From NCBI GenBank assembly GCA_017617125.1, contig JAFZWY010000008.1:78386-142385 (forward strand): 64,000 nt of DNA, given 5' to 3'. Origin of the DNA: Bacteroidales bacterium (GTDB taxonomy: Bacteria; Bacteroidota; Bacteroidia; Bacteroidales; ML635J-15). Shown here piece by piece: positions 1-8,797 of the stretch. Under the pieces are notes generated by a model. That model was not told where the DNA came from. It saw only the letters and a program-made list of their open reading frames with translations, and searched no databases. Made by a program: the position numbers and the translations under genes. The number at the start of each line of letters is the position of its first letter. Within the stretch, counting starts at the first letter, position 1.

Positions 1-1622
1 TAGCTTTGCCCGATGTCCATAGGTCGCTGTAGTGTTTTACAAAATCCTTAGCTATCAAACGCAGTCGTTTCGCAGCAGTGAGAAGATGCACCTCTTTGCT
101 GAACTCGCGCTCCAGTTTTGCCGACTGTGAGGCATCGAGGTCGCCTGCCTGTTCAAGAGCTTCTGCAATTTCTTCATTGATTTCAGGATTTTTCAAGTCC
201 TTCAGTTTCTCGCCACGATTTTCGTAGTATAGAGGAACGGTAGCCTTGTCCTCGACAGCACGTTTAAAGTCGTATATACTTACATATCCACCAAATGTTC
301 GTGCAGTGATGTTGTCGTTTGACAGCAGAGGCGTCCCAGTAAATCCGATACGATGTGCGGTAGGCAGAAGATGCATAAGATTGTCGGCAAAAATGCCGTT
401 CTGGGTGCGATGCGCTTCGTCGCTCATCACAATTATATCGTGGTCGGGGATTATGGGCGTAGCCTTTGGATCGTTGAATTTCTGTATGAGTGAGAAAATG
501 AACGACGGATTGCCCTTCAGTTTTGTCTTTAGGTCTTCGCCGTCGCTGGCAATAAATTTTTTTGCTTTCACATTGCCCAGCAATCCGCAGTTTTCAAAGG
601 TGTCGCTTATTTGCTTGTTTAGTTCGTAGCGGTCGGTAAGCACAAGTATTGTCGGAGAGCCTTCGAACTTGCGGCGTATTTTTTGCGCGAGGAATAGCAT
701 CGAGTAGCTTTTGCCGCTTCCCTGTGTATGCCAGAATACACCAAGTTTTCCTTTCAGGTACTGACGATTGCGGTACATTTCAACGGCTTGGTTTACACCT
801 AAATACTGGTGGTTGCGAGCCAAAATCTTTACTGTTTTGCCATCGGAATGGTCGTATAGTATGAAATTTTCGAGCAGGTCGAGGAAGTTTTCCTTTTTGC
901 AGATACCACGCAGCATTGTAGGCAGTTCAACATTGCCAGTTTCCATTTCGTTCAGTCGTTTCCACTCGTGGAAAAACTCCCATTTTGAGTCTATTGTTCC
1001 CACGCGGGCTTCCATTCCGTTGCTGAACATTATGAACGCATTGTGGTAAAACAGTTGCGGAATAGTGTCTAGATAATCGCGATAGTTCTGATTGAAAGCA
1101 TCCTCCACTTCCACATCGTGGTTTTTAAGTTCCATGAATAGCAGAGGAATACCATTTACAAATCCGACAATGTCGGCACGGCGGCGGTAGAGGGCACCGT
1201 AAACCCACATTTCTCTTACGCAGATAAATTCATTTTTCTCGGGAGAAGCAAAATCGATGACTTTGGCGCGGATTTCTTCGGTTTCTCCGTTGGGTTTTAC
1301 GCGGTTGACAGGAATTCCGTTGCGGATGTACTGATATTTCTGCTCGTTTATCTGCATTAGAGTCTGCGAACTCAAATGTTCGGTCATGTGGCTCATGGCT
1401 TCCTGCATCTGTTTGTCGGTGAGCCACGGATTCAAACGCTTCAGCGCCTGCCTTAAATGGCTAGTAAGTAGCACATCATTGTAGCTGTTGCGCCCCAATG
1501 TGCCGTTTTCACCAAGTATTTCCTGGTCGAAAGCATATACGCTTTTCCAACCCAGTTCCTTTTCCAGAAAATCGGCTGTGCTTTGCTGTATCAGTTTGTC
1601 TTCGCTGTAGTCTCGTGCCATA
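1..1622 (-). CDS. hsdR: Type I restriction enzyme R subunit (HsdR), N-terminal ~540 aa; the rest lies beyond the left window edge
   Basis: Minus-strand frame is open from the ATG (complement of cat 1620-1622) to position 1. My translation starts MARDYSEDKLIQQSTADFLEKELGW and contains helicase motif I, VFWHTQGSGKSYSMLFL (about 690-745). It is absent from the ORF track because it runs off the window. Plus-strand ORFs 246-1049 are shadows. Confidence 0.9.
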
Positions 1623-1624
1623 GT

Positions 1625-2602
1625 TTAATTGTTGATTTTCCAGTATCCATTCTTGTTGGCTCCAACACGCTCAATGAAGCCTTTCCTTTTTAGCGATGCG
1701 AGAATCTTGTTTACTCCGGCCTCCGACAATTTTGTCCTTTTGCTTATTTCCTTTATTGTCATGTGAGCGTCGGCAGCGAGCAATTTTATAATTTGTCGCT
1801 CAGAATTTGTAAGTTTTTTATTCTCTACTTTATTCTCTACTTTATTCTCTACTTCCTTGCTGATGGCATCGGATAAACACTTGAGCATAAATGCAATGAA
1901 AGCTGTGCTATTCCCGTTGGCATCCGAGCGCGCAATGGCTTCGTAGTACTCCTCCTGATGCGCCTTGACGATAGTTTCCACAGGCAACCATGCAAAAACA
2001 GGTTTCCATTTTGCAAGAAGCATAGTCTGCCAGTATCGTCCCATTCGTCCGTTGCCATCGGTAAACGGATGGATAAATTCGAACTCGTAGTGGAATATGC
2101 AACTGCTTATCAATGGGTGTGTGTCGGTAGTTTTTAACCAGTCGAACAAGTTTCTCATTAGTTCGGGTACTCGCGAAGGCGGTGGTGCCATGTGTATGCA
2201 TCTGTCGCCATTGAATACGCCCACGCCGACTTTTCTGTAGCATCCAGATTTGTCCACCAAGTCTTTCATCATAAGGCCGTGGGCCTTCAGCATATCTTTC
2301 TCGTCGAAAGCATCGAGCTGCTGCATAAGCTGATAGGCTTGCAGAGCGTTTTTTACCTCCTGTATTTCGTTGGGCGCACCGAGCACGTGCTTGCCTTCTA
2401 TTATATCGGTTACCTGCTGTAGCGACAGGCTATTGTGCTCTATTGCCAGCGACGAGTGTATTGTCATTATCTGGTTTTTCTTACGTAGCATTGGCGATGG
2501 CGAGTTGCCGTTTGGGCTAACGCTAAGCGCACCGACCTGCTCCGATATTGCCGATACCAGATGTAGTATTTCCGATGTTATTGTAAAAGGCGGTGTGTAC
2601 AT
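1625..2602 (-). CDS. Fic family protein with C-terminal winged-helix DNA-binding domain
   Basis: Fic motif HPFTDGNGRMGR. The C-terminal SERQIIKLLAADAHMTIKEISKRTKLSEAGVNKILASLKRKGFIERVG looks like a MarR-type wHTH. The stop is 2 nt from the hsdR ATG. Confidence 0.85.
   Translation of the reverse strand: MYTPPFTITSEILHLVSAISEQVGALSVSPNGNSPSPMLRKKNQIMTIHSSLAIEHNSLSLQQVTDIIEGKHVLGAPNEIQEVKNALQAYQLMQQLDAFDEKDMLKAHGLMMKDLVDKSGCYRKVGVGVFNGDRCIHMAPPPSRVPELMRNLFDWLKTTDTHPLISSCIFHYEFEFIHPFTDGNGRMGRYWQTMLLAKWKPVFAWLPVETIVKAHQEEYYEAIARSDANGNSTAFIAFMLKCLSDAISKEVENKVENKVENKKLTNSERQIIKLLAADAHMTIKEISKRTKLSEAGVNKILASLKRKGFIERVGANKNGYWKINN
1817..1852. repeat. Perfect 12-bp x3 tandem repeat (tttattctctac) inside the Fic gene linker
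   Basis: Three exact copies at 1817-1828, 1829-1840 and 1841-1852. They encode VENKVENKVENK between the Fic and wHTH domains. Confidence 0.9.
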
Positions 2603-2647
2603 ATCATTTAAAATTTATATATGTTGGTTTTCGCAGAAGTTTCTTTT

Positions 2648-3208
2648 CTATAAACTTTTAGTATTTTGCGTATCAGATTCCTCGTTAGCATCCTCTTGTT
2701 TCTTTTTCAATGTTTCAATTGCACCCTTAACACACTTTTCTGTAAAATCTTCTCCAAAAATATAATCATAGGTTTGTTTATATGTTTTTTCTATATTTCT
2801 TAAACTTAAATATCGAGGATATATCATAAAAGAGCATACAGCTATTAATAACAAATCTATCCATAAACTCTCCGAAAAGCTAATAAAAATACTTGTTGCT
2901 AATAAATAAACCAGAATCTTTAATCCTTCGAATAATGCATCCATAAGAAAATCACCGACCAATAAAACTTGGCGATAAGATGAATGCTTGGAATATGCCG
3001 CCGACGCACCTCTATAAAAGCCCTCTGTGTATTTTAAAAATCTTTGTTTTTCCTTTTTGATATTAAGTTTCTTTTTCAGAAACTCAATTAGTTTTTTGAA
3101 AGCATAACACAATGCGGTTCCTACAATAGAAGCAATTATCCCAGCAATGATTACTCCCCATGCATTGTTTAATAAAAACTGTTCCATTTTCAAGAAAATA
3201 TTTTCCAT
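2648..3208 (-). CDS. Hypothetical multi-TM membrane protein (186 aa), R-M operon passenger
   Basis: ATG-initiated ORF on the same strand as the hsd genes. Hydrophobic helices AWGVIIAGIIASIVGTALCYAF, ILVYLLATSIFISF and IDLLLIAVCSFMIY. About 30% G+C. I recognise no family motif. Confidence 0.6.
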   Translation of the reverse strand: MENIFLKMEQFLLNNAWGVIIAGIIASIVGTALCYAFKKLIEFLKKKLNIKKEKQRFLKYTEGFYRGASAAYSKHSSYRQVLLVGDFLMDALFEGLKILVYLLATSIFISFSESLWIDLLLIAVCSFMIYPRYLSLRNIEKTYKQTYDYIFGEDFTEKCVKGAIETLKKKQEDANEESDTQNTKSL

Positions 3209-3221
3209 ATATAAATGATTT

Positions 3222-3299
3222 TTAGTTGATTATTATTTCTCTCCCCATCAACATTGGTAGCAACCTGTCTCTCGCTTCTATATAGTATTTTTCAATCAT
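3222..3299 (-). pseudogene. Relic of an hsdS 3' end (25 codons: MIEKYYIEARDRLLPMLMGREIIIN)
   Basis: Translation matches the conserved HsdS C-terminal helix of the intact gene (TEARDRLLPKMMGGEMEV). Nucleotides 3236-3278 are 35/43 identical, ungapped, to 4314-4356. Confidence 0.6.
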
Positions 3300-4285
3300 A
3301 GACCTTCTTGTTTATATTGTTCTAATAAATGATAAATGTGTTTCTTTTTGTTCCATTGTCTGAATGATATAAACGCTCCAATAAAATAAAATATAGACAT
3401 TAAAACGAACACATATCCTATGATAGAATAGGCACTACTCCATGAATATTTAGTTACAGGTGAAATGTAATAATTATTATCCAATTCTTTTGGGGAAATT
3501 ATTTGCTTGTCCATAAATGGAATAAAATCATTATCTGATACATATAACTGAGATTGAGGCGTCATATATATTGATGTTTCTTTATTGGTAGTTTTTTCAA
3601 AGATAGAATATTGTACCTTTTGTACAAAAATTAAATTTACAGAAGCTATACATAATAGTATAGCAACTATGAGAGAAAAAATTCCTATGCCATTTTCTTT
3701 CATTCTCATAAAAAAAAGACCAGTATCTATTGGATGTGCATTTTGTATTTGTTTGTCTATTATATATTCTTTTTTTATTTCTGATGTATTGGGTATCCTA
3801 TGTTTTAATTTAATCTTGTGATGCAAATTCTTAATTTCTTTGGTTGTTTCTATTATTGCTGTATATTCAAAGCATTCGCCAGACATAAACTTTTCATCAA
3901 TAGCGAAACTTATAATATTTGAAGCACTTTTATTTTTACAAGCAGTCACGTCTAGGTCATTACTTAGCGATCTTATTTTTATCTCCCTAATACTACATTC
4001 CTCTGGAAGAACAATATTTATATCAGAGTCGTTTTTTAATCCGCTAATATCGTTTCTTCCAGAATTTATAAAACCGCCTTTTAGAACTAATACTTCGTTA
4101 GACAATTCTTTGTTTTCATATGAAAGTTGAAATTTGGGAAAATCATTATGCAAACCTTTTCCAACATTATAAGAATTGATAGAAAAATGAGTAATTTCAT
4201 TTTTTTTCATTTGCTTTTTTGTGAAGTACCATGTAATAATGATTGTAAAAACAATCGATAATATAAATGAAATAAATGGTCCCAT
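3296..4285 (-). CDS. Hypothetical membrane protein (329 aa, about 3 TM), R-M operon passenger
   Basis: ATG ORF 17 nt downstream of hsdS. TM segments FISFILSIVFTIIITWYF, GIGIFSLIVAILLCIASVNLIF and IIGYVFVLMSIFYFIGAFISF. About 27% G+C in sampled lines. No recognisable motif. Confidence 0.65.
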   Translation of the reverse strand: MGPFISFILSIVFTIIITWYFTKKQMKKNEITHFSINSYNVGKGLHNDFPKFQLSYENKELSNEVLVLKGGFINSGRNDISGLKNDSDINIVLPEECSIREIKIRSLSNDLDVTACKNKSASNIISFAIDEKFMSGECFEYTAIIETTKEIKNLHHKIKLKHRIPNTSEIKKEYIIDKQIQNAHPIDTGLFFMRMKENGIGIFSLIVAILLCIASVNLIFVQKVQYSIFEKTTNKETSIYMTPQSQLYVSDNDFIPFMDKQIISPKELDNNYYISPVTKYSWSSAYSIIGYVFVLMSIFYFIGAFISFRQWNKKKHIYHLLEQYKQEGL

Positions 4286-4302
4286 ATTTTACCTTTTTAA
4301 TT

Positions 4303-5544
4303 TTACACTTCCATTTCTCCCCCCATCATCTTCGGCAGCAACCTGTCCCGAGCTTCGGTGAGGAGGCGGATTTGTGATTGATATCTGAGTATTGTATTGA
4401 AGATGCTATTGAAATAATTATCGAAATGATTTACTATTTCTTTTGATGGGACAATCATTTCTAAACCCATTATCGCTTCTGGCTTTAAATGGAGTACATT
4501 AACACCATTAGCCAAAGGAGAGATATTCTTGCTTAACCCACCAAAACGCATCGCACAATACAAAAAAGCATTTGATAATTCAACTGGAAGGATTTTGATT
4601 AAGTCCATTGAGAATGTAGCAGGTTCGTTAAATTCAGGAATTAAAGCGACATGGCCTACTAAACGCCTTTCTTGGGTCATATCGGTAACACCCATCACCA
4701 AATCTCCTTTTTTTAGACTTTGTTCTTCTTTGTATACTCCAATGTATCTTTTCTCTGCGTTTCTGTTATAACCTCCAAAAGCCTGTATGTTTTTAAGATT
4801 AACCATGCACGTTCCCTCTTCGGCTAGCTCCTTCGAGGTATAGGATCTTCCACGAACATAAGTAAAAACATCTTTCAATTTCTTCCTTTCCCATCCCTCT
4901 GGCACTCCATCCATCACTTTCACATTTTCATATCCTGGAAAGCGTAAATCGACAAACCATTCCTTGTAGAGCCGCTGGGCAGCCTCCTCAAGCAACTTTA
5001 TCTGCTTCTGATAATTCTCTATCAATGAGTCGTAGCGGGAAAGAATGGTGGCAATGCGGTGCTGAGTGGGGAGTGGGGGGCATGGCACCTCAAAATTTTC
5101 AATCATCTGTTTAGTCATTGCATTTCTTGATGCTCCTTTGCCAACGGCCAGATTTAACATATGGGATTGCATTTTGGGACTTGCCAAATAGTAATTGAGA
5201 AATCTGTAATTCATCAAATTCTTATCAACCCTTACAATAGCAACATGTTGATTCACTCTGGCTGGTAATACATCATTTGGCACAACACAAGTTCTTGCAA
5301 CAGAATCGCCTGTAATATTCAATAAAATATCTTCATTAAATATTGTAACGCCTTTGAGCTTTTTTGCTGCTTCATCAGTAATATGAGTTAAGCCATTATA
5401 ATCAAATAATAAATTGTATACATTCTGGCTCCGAATCAAAGATGTGCCTGAATCAACGTAAACAGTAGAACCGCCTTTCGGAGTGGATCCACTGCCAATT
5501 TTTAAACAGCAATCTTTCAACTTCACTTTTTTCCACTCGCTCAT
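4303..5544 (-). CDS. hsdS: Type I R-M specificity subunit (HsdS)
   Basis: 413 aa with two-TRD architecture. Conserved central helix PLPTQHRIATILSRYDSLIENYQKQIKLLEEAAQRLYKEWF and C-terminal QIRLLTEARDRLLPKMMGGE. ATGA overlap with the upstream gene. Confidence 0.85.
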   Translation of the reverse strand: MSEWKKVKLKDCCLKIGSGSTPKGGSTVYVDSGTSLIRSQNVYNLLFDYNGLTHITDEAAKKLKGVTIFNEDILLNITGDSVARTCVVPNDVLPARVNQHVAIVRVDKNLMNYRFLNYYLASPKMQSHMLNLAVGKGASRNAMTKQMIENFEVPCPPLPTQHRIATILSRYDSLIENYQKQIKLLEEAAQRLYKEWFVDLRFPGYENVKVMDGVPEGWERKKLKDVFTYVRGRSYTSKELAEEGTCMVNLKNIQAFGGYNRNAEKRYIGVYKEEQSLKKGDLVMGVTDMTQERRLVGHVALIPEFNEPATFSMDLIKILPVELSNAFLYCAMRFGGLSKNISPLANGVNVLHLKPEAIMGLEMIVPSKEIVNHFDNYFNSIFNTILRYQSQIRLLTEARDRLLPKMMGGEMEV

Positions 5545-6776
5545 TTCTCGTCCTCCTTTTCGCCTTGCCCTTTGTCGCTTATCAGTTTCTTCAAGGCATC
5601 AATATCAGGTAATGCTTTGCGCATATTCTCAGGCATATCATCTGCCGTCTTGTAAGTGGCCACGCCCATTGGCTTCGAGTAGTCGCGAATCATAAACTCC
5701 ACATACTCACGATTTGCCGATTTACAAAGTACAATGCCGATGCTGGGGTTCTCGTGAGGCTTGCGAACCTTCTCGTCCAAAATAGTCAGATACCCCATCA
5801 ACTGCCCCAGATAACTGGTCTTGAATTCCCCTGTCTTCAACTCAATCACCACCATCGCATTCAGTTCACGATTGAAAAATAACAAGTCAGGAAACTGCTC
5901 TACACCATACACCTCCAACAGTTGTTGGTTACCCATAAACGTAAAGTCACGGCCAATGGTCATGATGAAGTTCTTCACCTTGTTCACGATTTCCTTTTCC
6001 ACCACTCGCTCGTCCACGTCAATGCTGTCGCGCACGCCTATCTCCTCCACATTGATAAAGTCCAACAAGTACTCATCCTTAAACATCATCATAGCCTTGC
6101 GCATCATCGAAGCATTGGAGATGGTCTTGGTGAAGTTGCTGGGCATCTGCTCACGATGACCGTAGGCATCATTCTTCAATAGTTTTTTCAAGTCATCTAC
6201 AGAAAGATGCTCTTCTGCTGTACGATGGATATAGTAGTAGCGAGCGTCAATGTTTTTTGTTTCCTCTATGATTCTAACGTGATGTGTAAACGGCACTCTA
6301 AAGAAATCTTCTATTGGGAAATCCTTTGACACGGGTATTTGCAAAGAGTGGAAAATATCTATTTTTCGTAATTCGCCAATTGCGATTGGCGAATTGCTAA
6401 TTGACTCTACTTCATTATTTTGTGAATCGCCAATTGTAATTGTCGATTTTAATTCGTCGGTTGTGACCGATGAATTTACATCAAGCATAATCCAGGATTC
6501 ATAAAACAATCTCATATTTTTCATGCTTGAAGCCGAATAGCCTCTCAATCCCGGCAGTTCTCTGCGCAATTGACTGCTTATGGTTTCTAGTGCGCCAGTA
6601 CCCCATACGCCCTTTCGTGTATGCTGCGAAATATACTTGCCTATGCCAAAGTACACAGCTAATTGTATGCGGTTAACCCCTTTTGCTGCCTCATACTGCC
6701 CTTGAAGGATTGCCTCTTTGATATCTGCTACAGCTCGTAGCAGTTTTTCATCAGATTTCCGTATCTCTGTGTTCAT
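5541..6776 (-). CDS. DUF1016 / YhcG-like PD-(D/E)xK nuclease-fold protein
   Basis: C-terminal core PDLLFFNRELNAMVVIELKTGEFKTSYLGQLMGYL, typical of DUF1016. The likely start is the ATG at 6776 (MNTEIRK), because the track start at 6791 is TTG. ATGA overlaps with both hsdM and hsdS. Confidence 0.75.
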   Translation of the reverse strand: MNTEIRKSDEKLLRAVADIKEAILQGQYEAAKGVNRIQLAVYFGIGKYISQHTRKGVWGTGALETISSQLRRELPGLRGYSASSMKNMRLFYESWIMLDVNSSVTTDELKSTITIGDSQNNEVESISNSPIAIGELRKIDIFHSLQIPVSKDFPIEDFFRVPFTHHVRIIEETKNIDARYYYIHRTAEEHLSVDDLKKLLKNDAYGHREQMPSNFTKTISNASMMRKAMMMFKDEYLLDFINVEEIGVRDSIDVDERVVEKEIVNKVKNFIMTIGRDFTFMGNQQLLEVYGVEQFPDLLFFNRELNAMVVIELKTGEFKTSYLGQLMGYLTILDEKVRKPHENPSIGIVLCKSANREYVEFMIRDYSKPMGVATYKTADDMPENMRKALPDIDALKKLISDKGQGEKEDEK

Positions 6777-8581
6777 TTCAACTCCTCCCAAGCCTTTTGA
6801 ATCTCGTCCATCAGTACATTGGCTTCGCTGTTGAGTTTTGCCAGTTCGCTGTGAATCTCGGTCATACGCTCGTGGAAATCAACTCCGTCGTCTTCCTGCT
6901 CGGCTACGCCAACGTATGCGCCTGGTGTAAGCGAGTAGTTTTTCTCCTCAATCTCCTGAATGGTGGCAATTCGGCATAATCCTAGAATGTCGTTGTAGGT
7001 GCCGTCTTCGCCAAATTTGTCGGCGAGCCATTTGCGCTGTCGGGCAGTTTCGAGAGTTTCTTCAAGTTTCTCGGCGATTTTGTTCTGCTCGGATTCAATG
7101 CGTTTCTTATCCTTGCGCGGTGCATCGGCAATAATCTGCTTGGCTTCGGCTTTGTGTTTCTGCAGGGCTTCTTCGGCTGTGGCTACTGTTTGTCCGCCAA
7201 GTGCCTTGTCGTAGTCGGAAAGCAATTGCAAATACTTGTCCTTTTCGCCACGGTACAGGTGTACTATTGCCTGCAGGTTGCGCAGTTGCCATTCGGTCCA
7301 CTCGTTAAGGGTGCGATCGACCACGGTGTAGTAGTTGCGGGCATCAATAAACAGGACTTTGTCGCGTATTTCGGCATTCTTGTTCCTGTCGAAAAACCAA
7401 AGCGAGCAGGGAAGCGAAAGCGTATAGAAAAAGTTGTTGCCCACGCTCACCATCACATCCACATCGCCGGTGCGAACCAGTTTTTCGCGTATGTCGCGGT
7501 CCTTGTTTGCGCTGTCGGTTGCCGAACTTGCCATTACAAAGCCTGCGCGTCCGTGGTCGTTAAGGTATGCGTAGAAGTAGCTAATCCATAGATAGTTGGC
7601 GTTGCCTACTTCCTTGGTCTTTGCATTTACGCCTGGCAGTCCAAATGGCAGACGCCCTGCCGCCAACGCCGATTCGGACTTAACCTTATCAACATTGAAA
7701 GGCGGATTTGCCATTACATAGTCGCACTTTCCTGCCAGATTGTGGGTGTCGTGGTAGAATGAGTTGGCTTCGTCGCCCGAAATTATCTTTCCGTTGAGCC
7801 CGTGTACTGCCATGTTCATAAGGCAGAGTTGAGCGTTGTATTCTACTTTTTCCTGTCCGAAGAAAGTCATCTGGGTGTTGGCGTTCATTCCGTTTTGGTT
7901 CACAAAGTCGCCAGTCTGCACAAACATACCGCCACTACCACAGGCGGGGTCAAGCATAACGCCCTGTGTGGGTTCCAAAACATTGACAAGCATTTTTACC
8001 AGCGACTTTGGCGTAAAGAACACACCGTCGTCGCTTGCAACGGCCTTGGCGAACTTTGAAAGGAAGTATTCGTATATGCGCCCGATAATGTCGCCGCCAA
8101 CTTCATCTATCGTCTTGTTGTTGAAAATACGGAGCAGTTCGCGCAGTAGGTCGTCGGCAAACATTGTATAGTTTTTGGGCAGTACGCCTGCAAGCTGGGT
8201 GCTTTGGTCTTCAACTAACTGCATGGCGTTGTTCACTGCTTCGCCCAGCGAATTGATGTCTTGTCCATCTTTTGTCTTTAACTTTGCCTCTATTATGTTG
8301 TCGGGCAAATTGACCAGATATGCGAACTGCGCCTCTTGTGGCAGATATAGTGCGCTTTTTGCAGCAAAGTCGCTTGGTTCGACGGGCATTACACGACCTC
8401 CACGTTTTGGTCGGTTTTCCAGAATTTCCGCCTCTACCATCTTGTAGCGACTATATGCGTATCGCAGGAAAAGAAGTGCCAGTACAGGCATACAATATTG
8501 ACTGCTTGTAAGTTTGCTTCCTTGTCGCAGCAAATCTGCCGATTCCCACAATTCCGCTTCGAGTTTTCTAATGTTTATCAT
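6773..8581 (-). CDS. hsdM: Type I R-M N6-adenine DNA methyltransferase (HsdM)
   Basis: Motifs LDPACGSGGMF (AdoMet binding) and VMANPPFN (catalytic NPPF). The N-terminal MINIRKLEAELWESADLLR is typical of HsdM_N. I moved the start to the ATG at 8581 (M41 of the track ORF), consistent with the -7 box at 8621-8628. Confidence 0.9.
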   Translation of the reverse strand: MINIRKLEAELWESADLLRQGSKLTSSQYCMPVLALLFLRYAYSRYKMVEAEILENRPKRGGRVMPVEPSDFAAKSALYLPQEAQFAYLVNLPDNIIEAKLKTKDGQDINSLGEAVNNAMQLVEDQSTQLAGVLPKNYTMFADDLLRELLRIFNNKTIDEVGGDIIGRIYEYFLSKFAKAVASDDGVFFTPKSLVKMLVNVLEPTQGVMLDPACGSGGMFVQTGDFVNQNGMNANTQMTFFGQEKVEYNAQLCLMNMAVHGLNGKIISGDEANSFYHDTHNLAGKCDYVMANPPFNVDKVKSESALAAGRLPFGLPGVNAKTKEVGNANYLWISYFYAYLNDHGRAGFVMASSATDSANKDRDIREKLVRTGDVDVMVSVGNNFFYTLSLPCSLWFFDRNKNAEIRDKVLFIDARNYYTVVDRTLNEWTEWQLRNLQAIVHLYRGEKDKYLQLLSDYDKALGGQTVATAEEALQKHKAEAKQIIADAPRKDKKRIESEQNKIAEKLEETLETARQRKWLADKFGEDGTYNDILGLCRIATIQEIEEKNYSLTPGAYVGVAEQEDDGVDFHERMTEIHSELAKLNSEANVLMDEIQKAWEELK

Positions 8582-8620
8582 AAGATTTGTGTTAAACCTA
8601 TCTTTCAAATTACAATAGCG

Positions 8621-8628
8621 CAAAGATA
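8621..8628 (-). promoter_or_regulatory. Bacteroidetes-type -7 promoter box (TAnnTTTG) for the hsd operon
   Basis: Minus-strand TATCTTTG, 39 nt upstream of the hsdM ATG at 8581. Confidence 0.5.
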
Positions 8629-8797
8629 GTGTTTTATTGCAGAAAATAAAAGATAAGTAGTAAATAAATTGAAGATATATGTTAGTCTTGGTCTTGATCA
8701 TTCATACTTCAAAAAATCATTGTTAACAACTTTTGTGAGTAGCACGTTTGTGTCAGCGGAAAAAACATTTATTTTCGCAGTCAGTTACTGATTTGAT

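Noticed and set aside
246-1049. Plus-strand ORFs 246-629, 649-864 and 768-1049.
   Set aside because: They overlap the open minus-strand hsdR frame, which carries helicase motif I. They are shadow ORFs.
8582-8701. A 40-codon N-terminal extension of hsdM in the ORF track (MIKTKTNIYLQFIYY...).
   Set aside because: The extension is AT-rich nonsense and contains the predicted -7 promoter box (8621-8628). The conserved HsdM N-terminus starts at the ATG at 8581.
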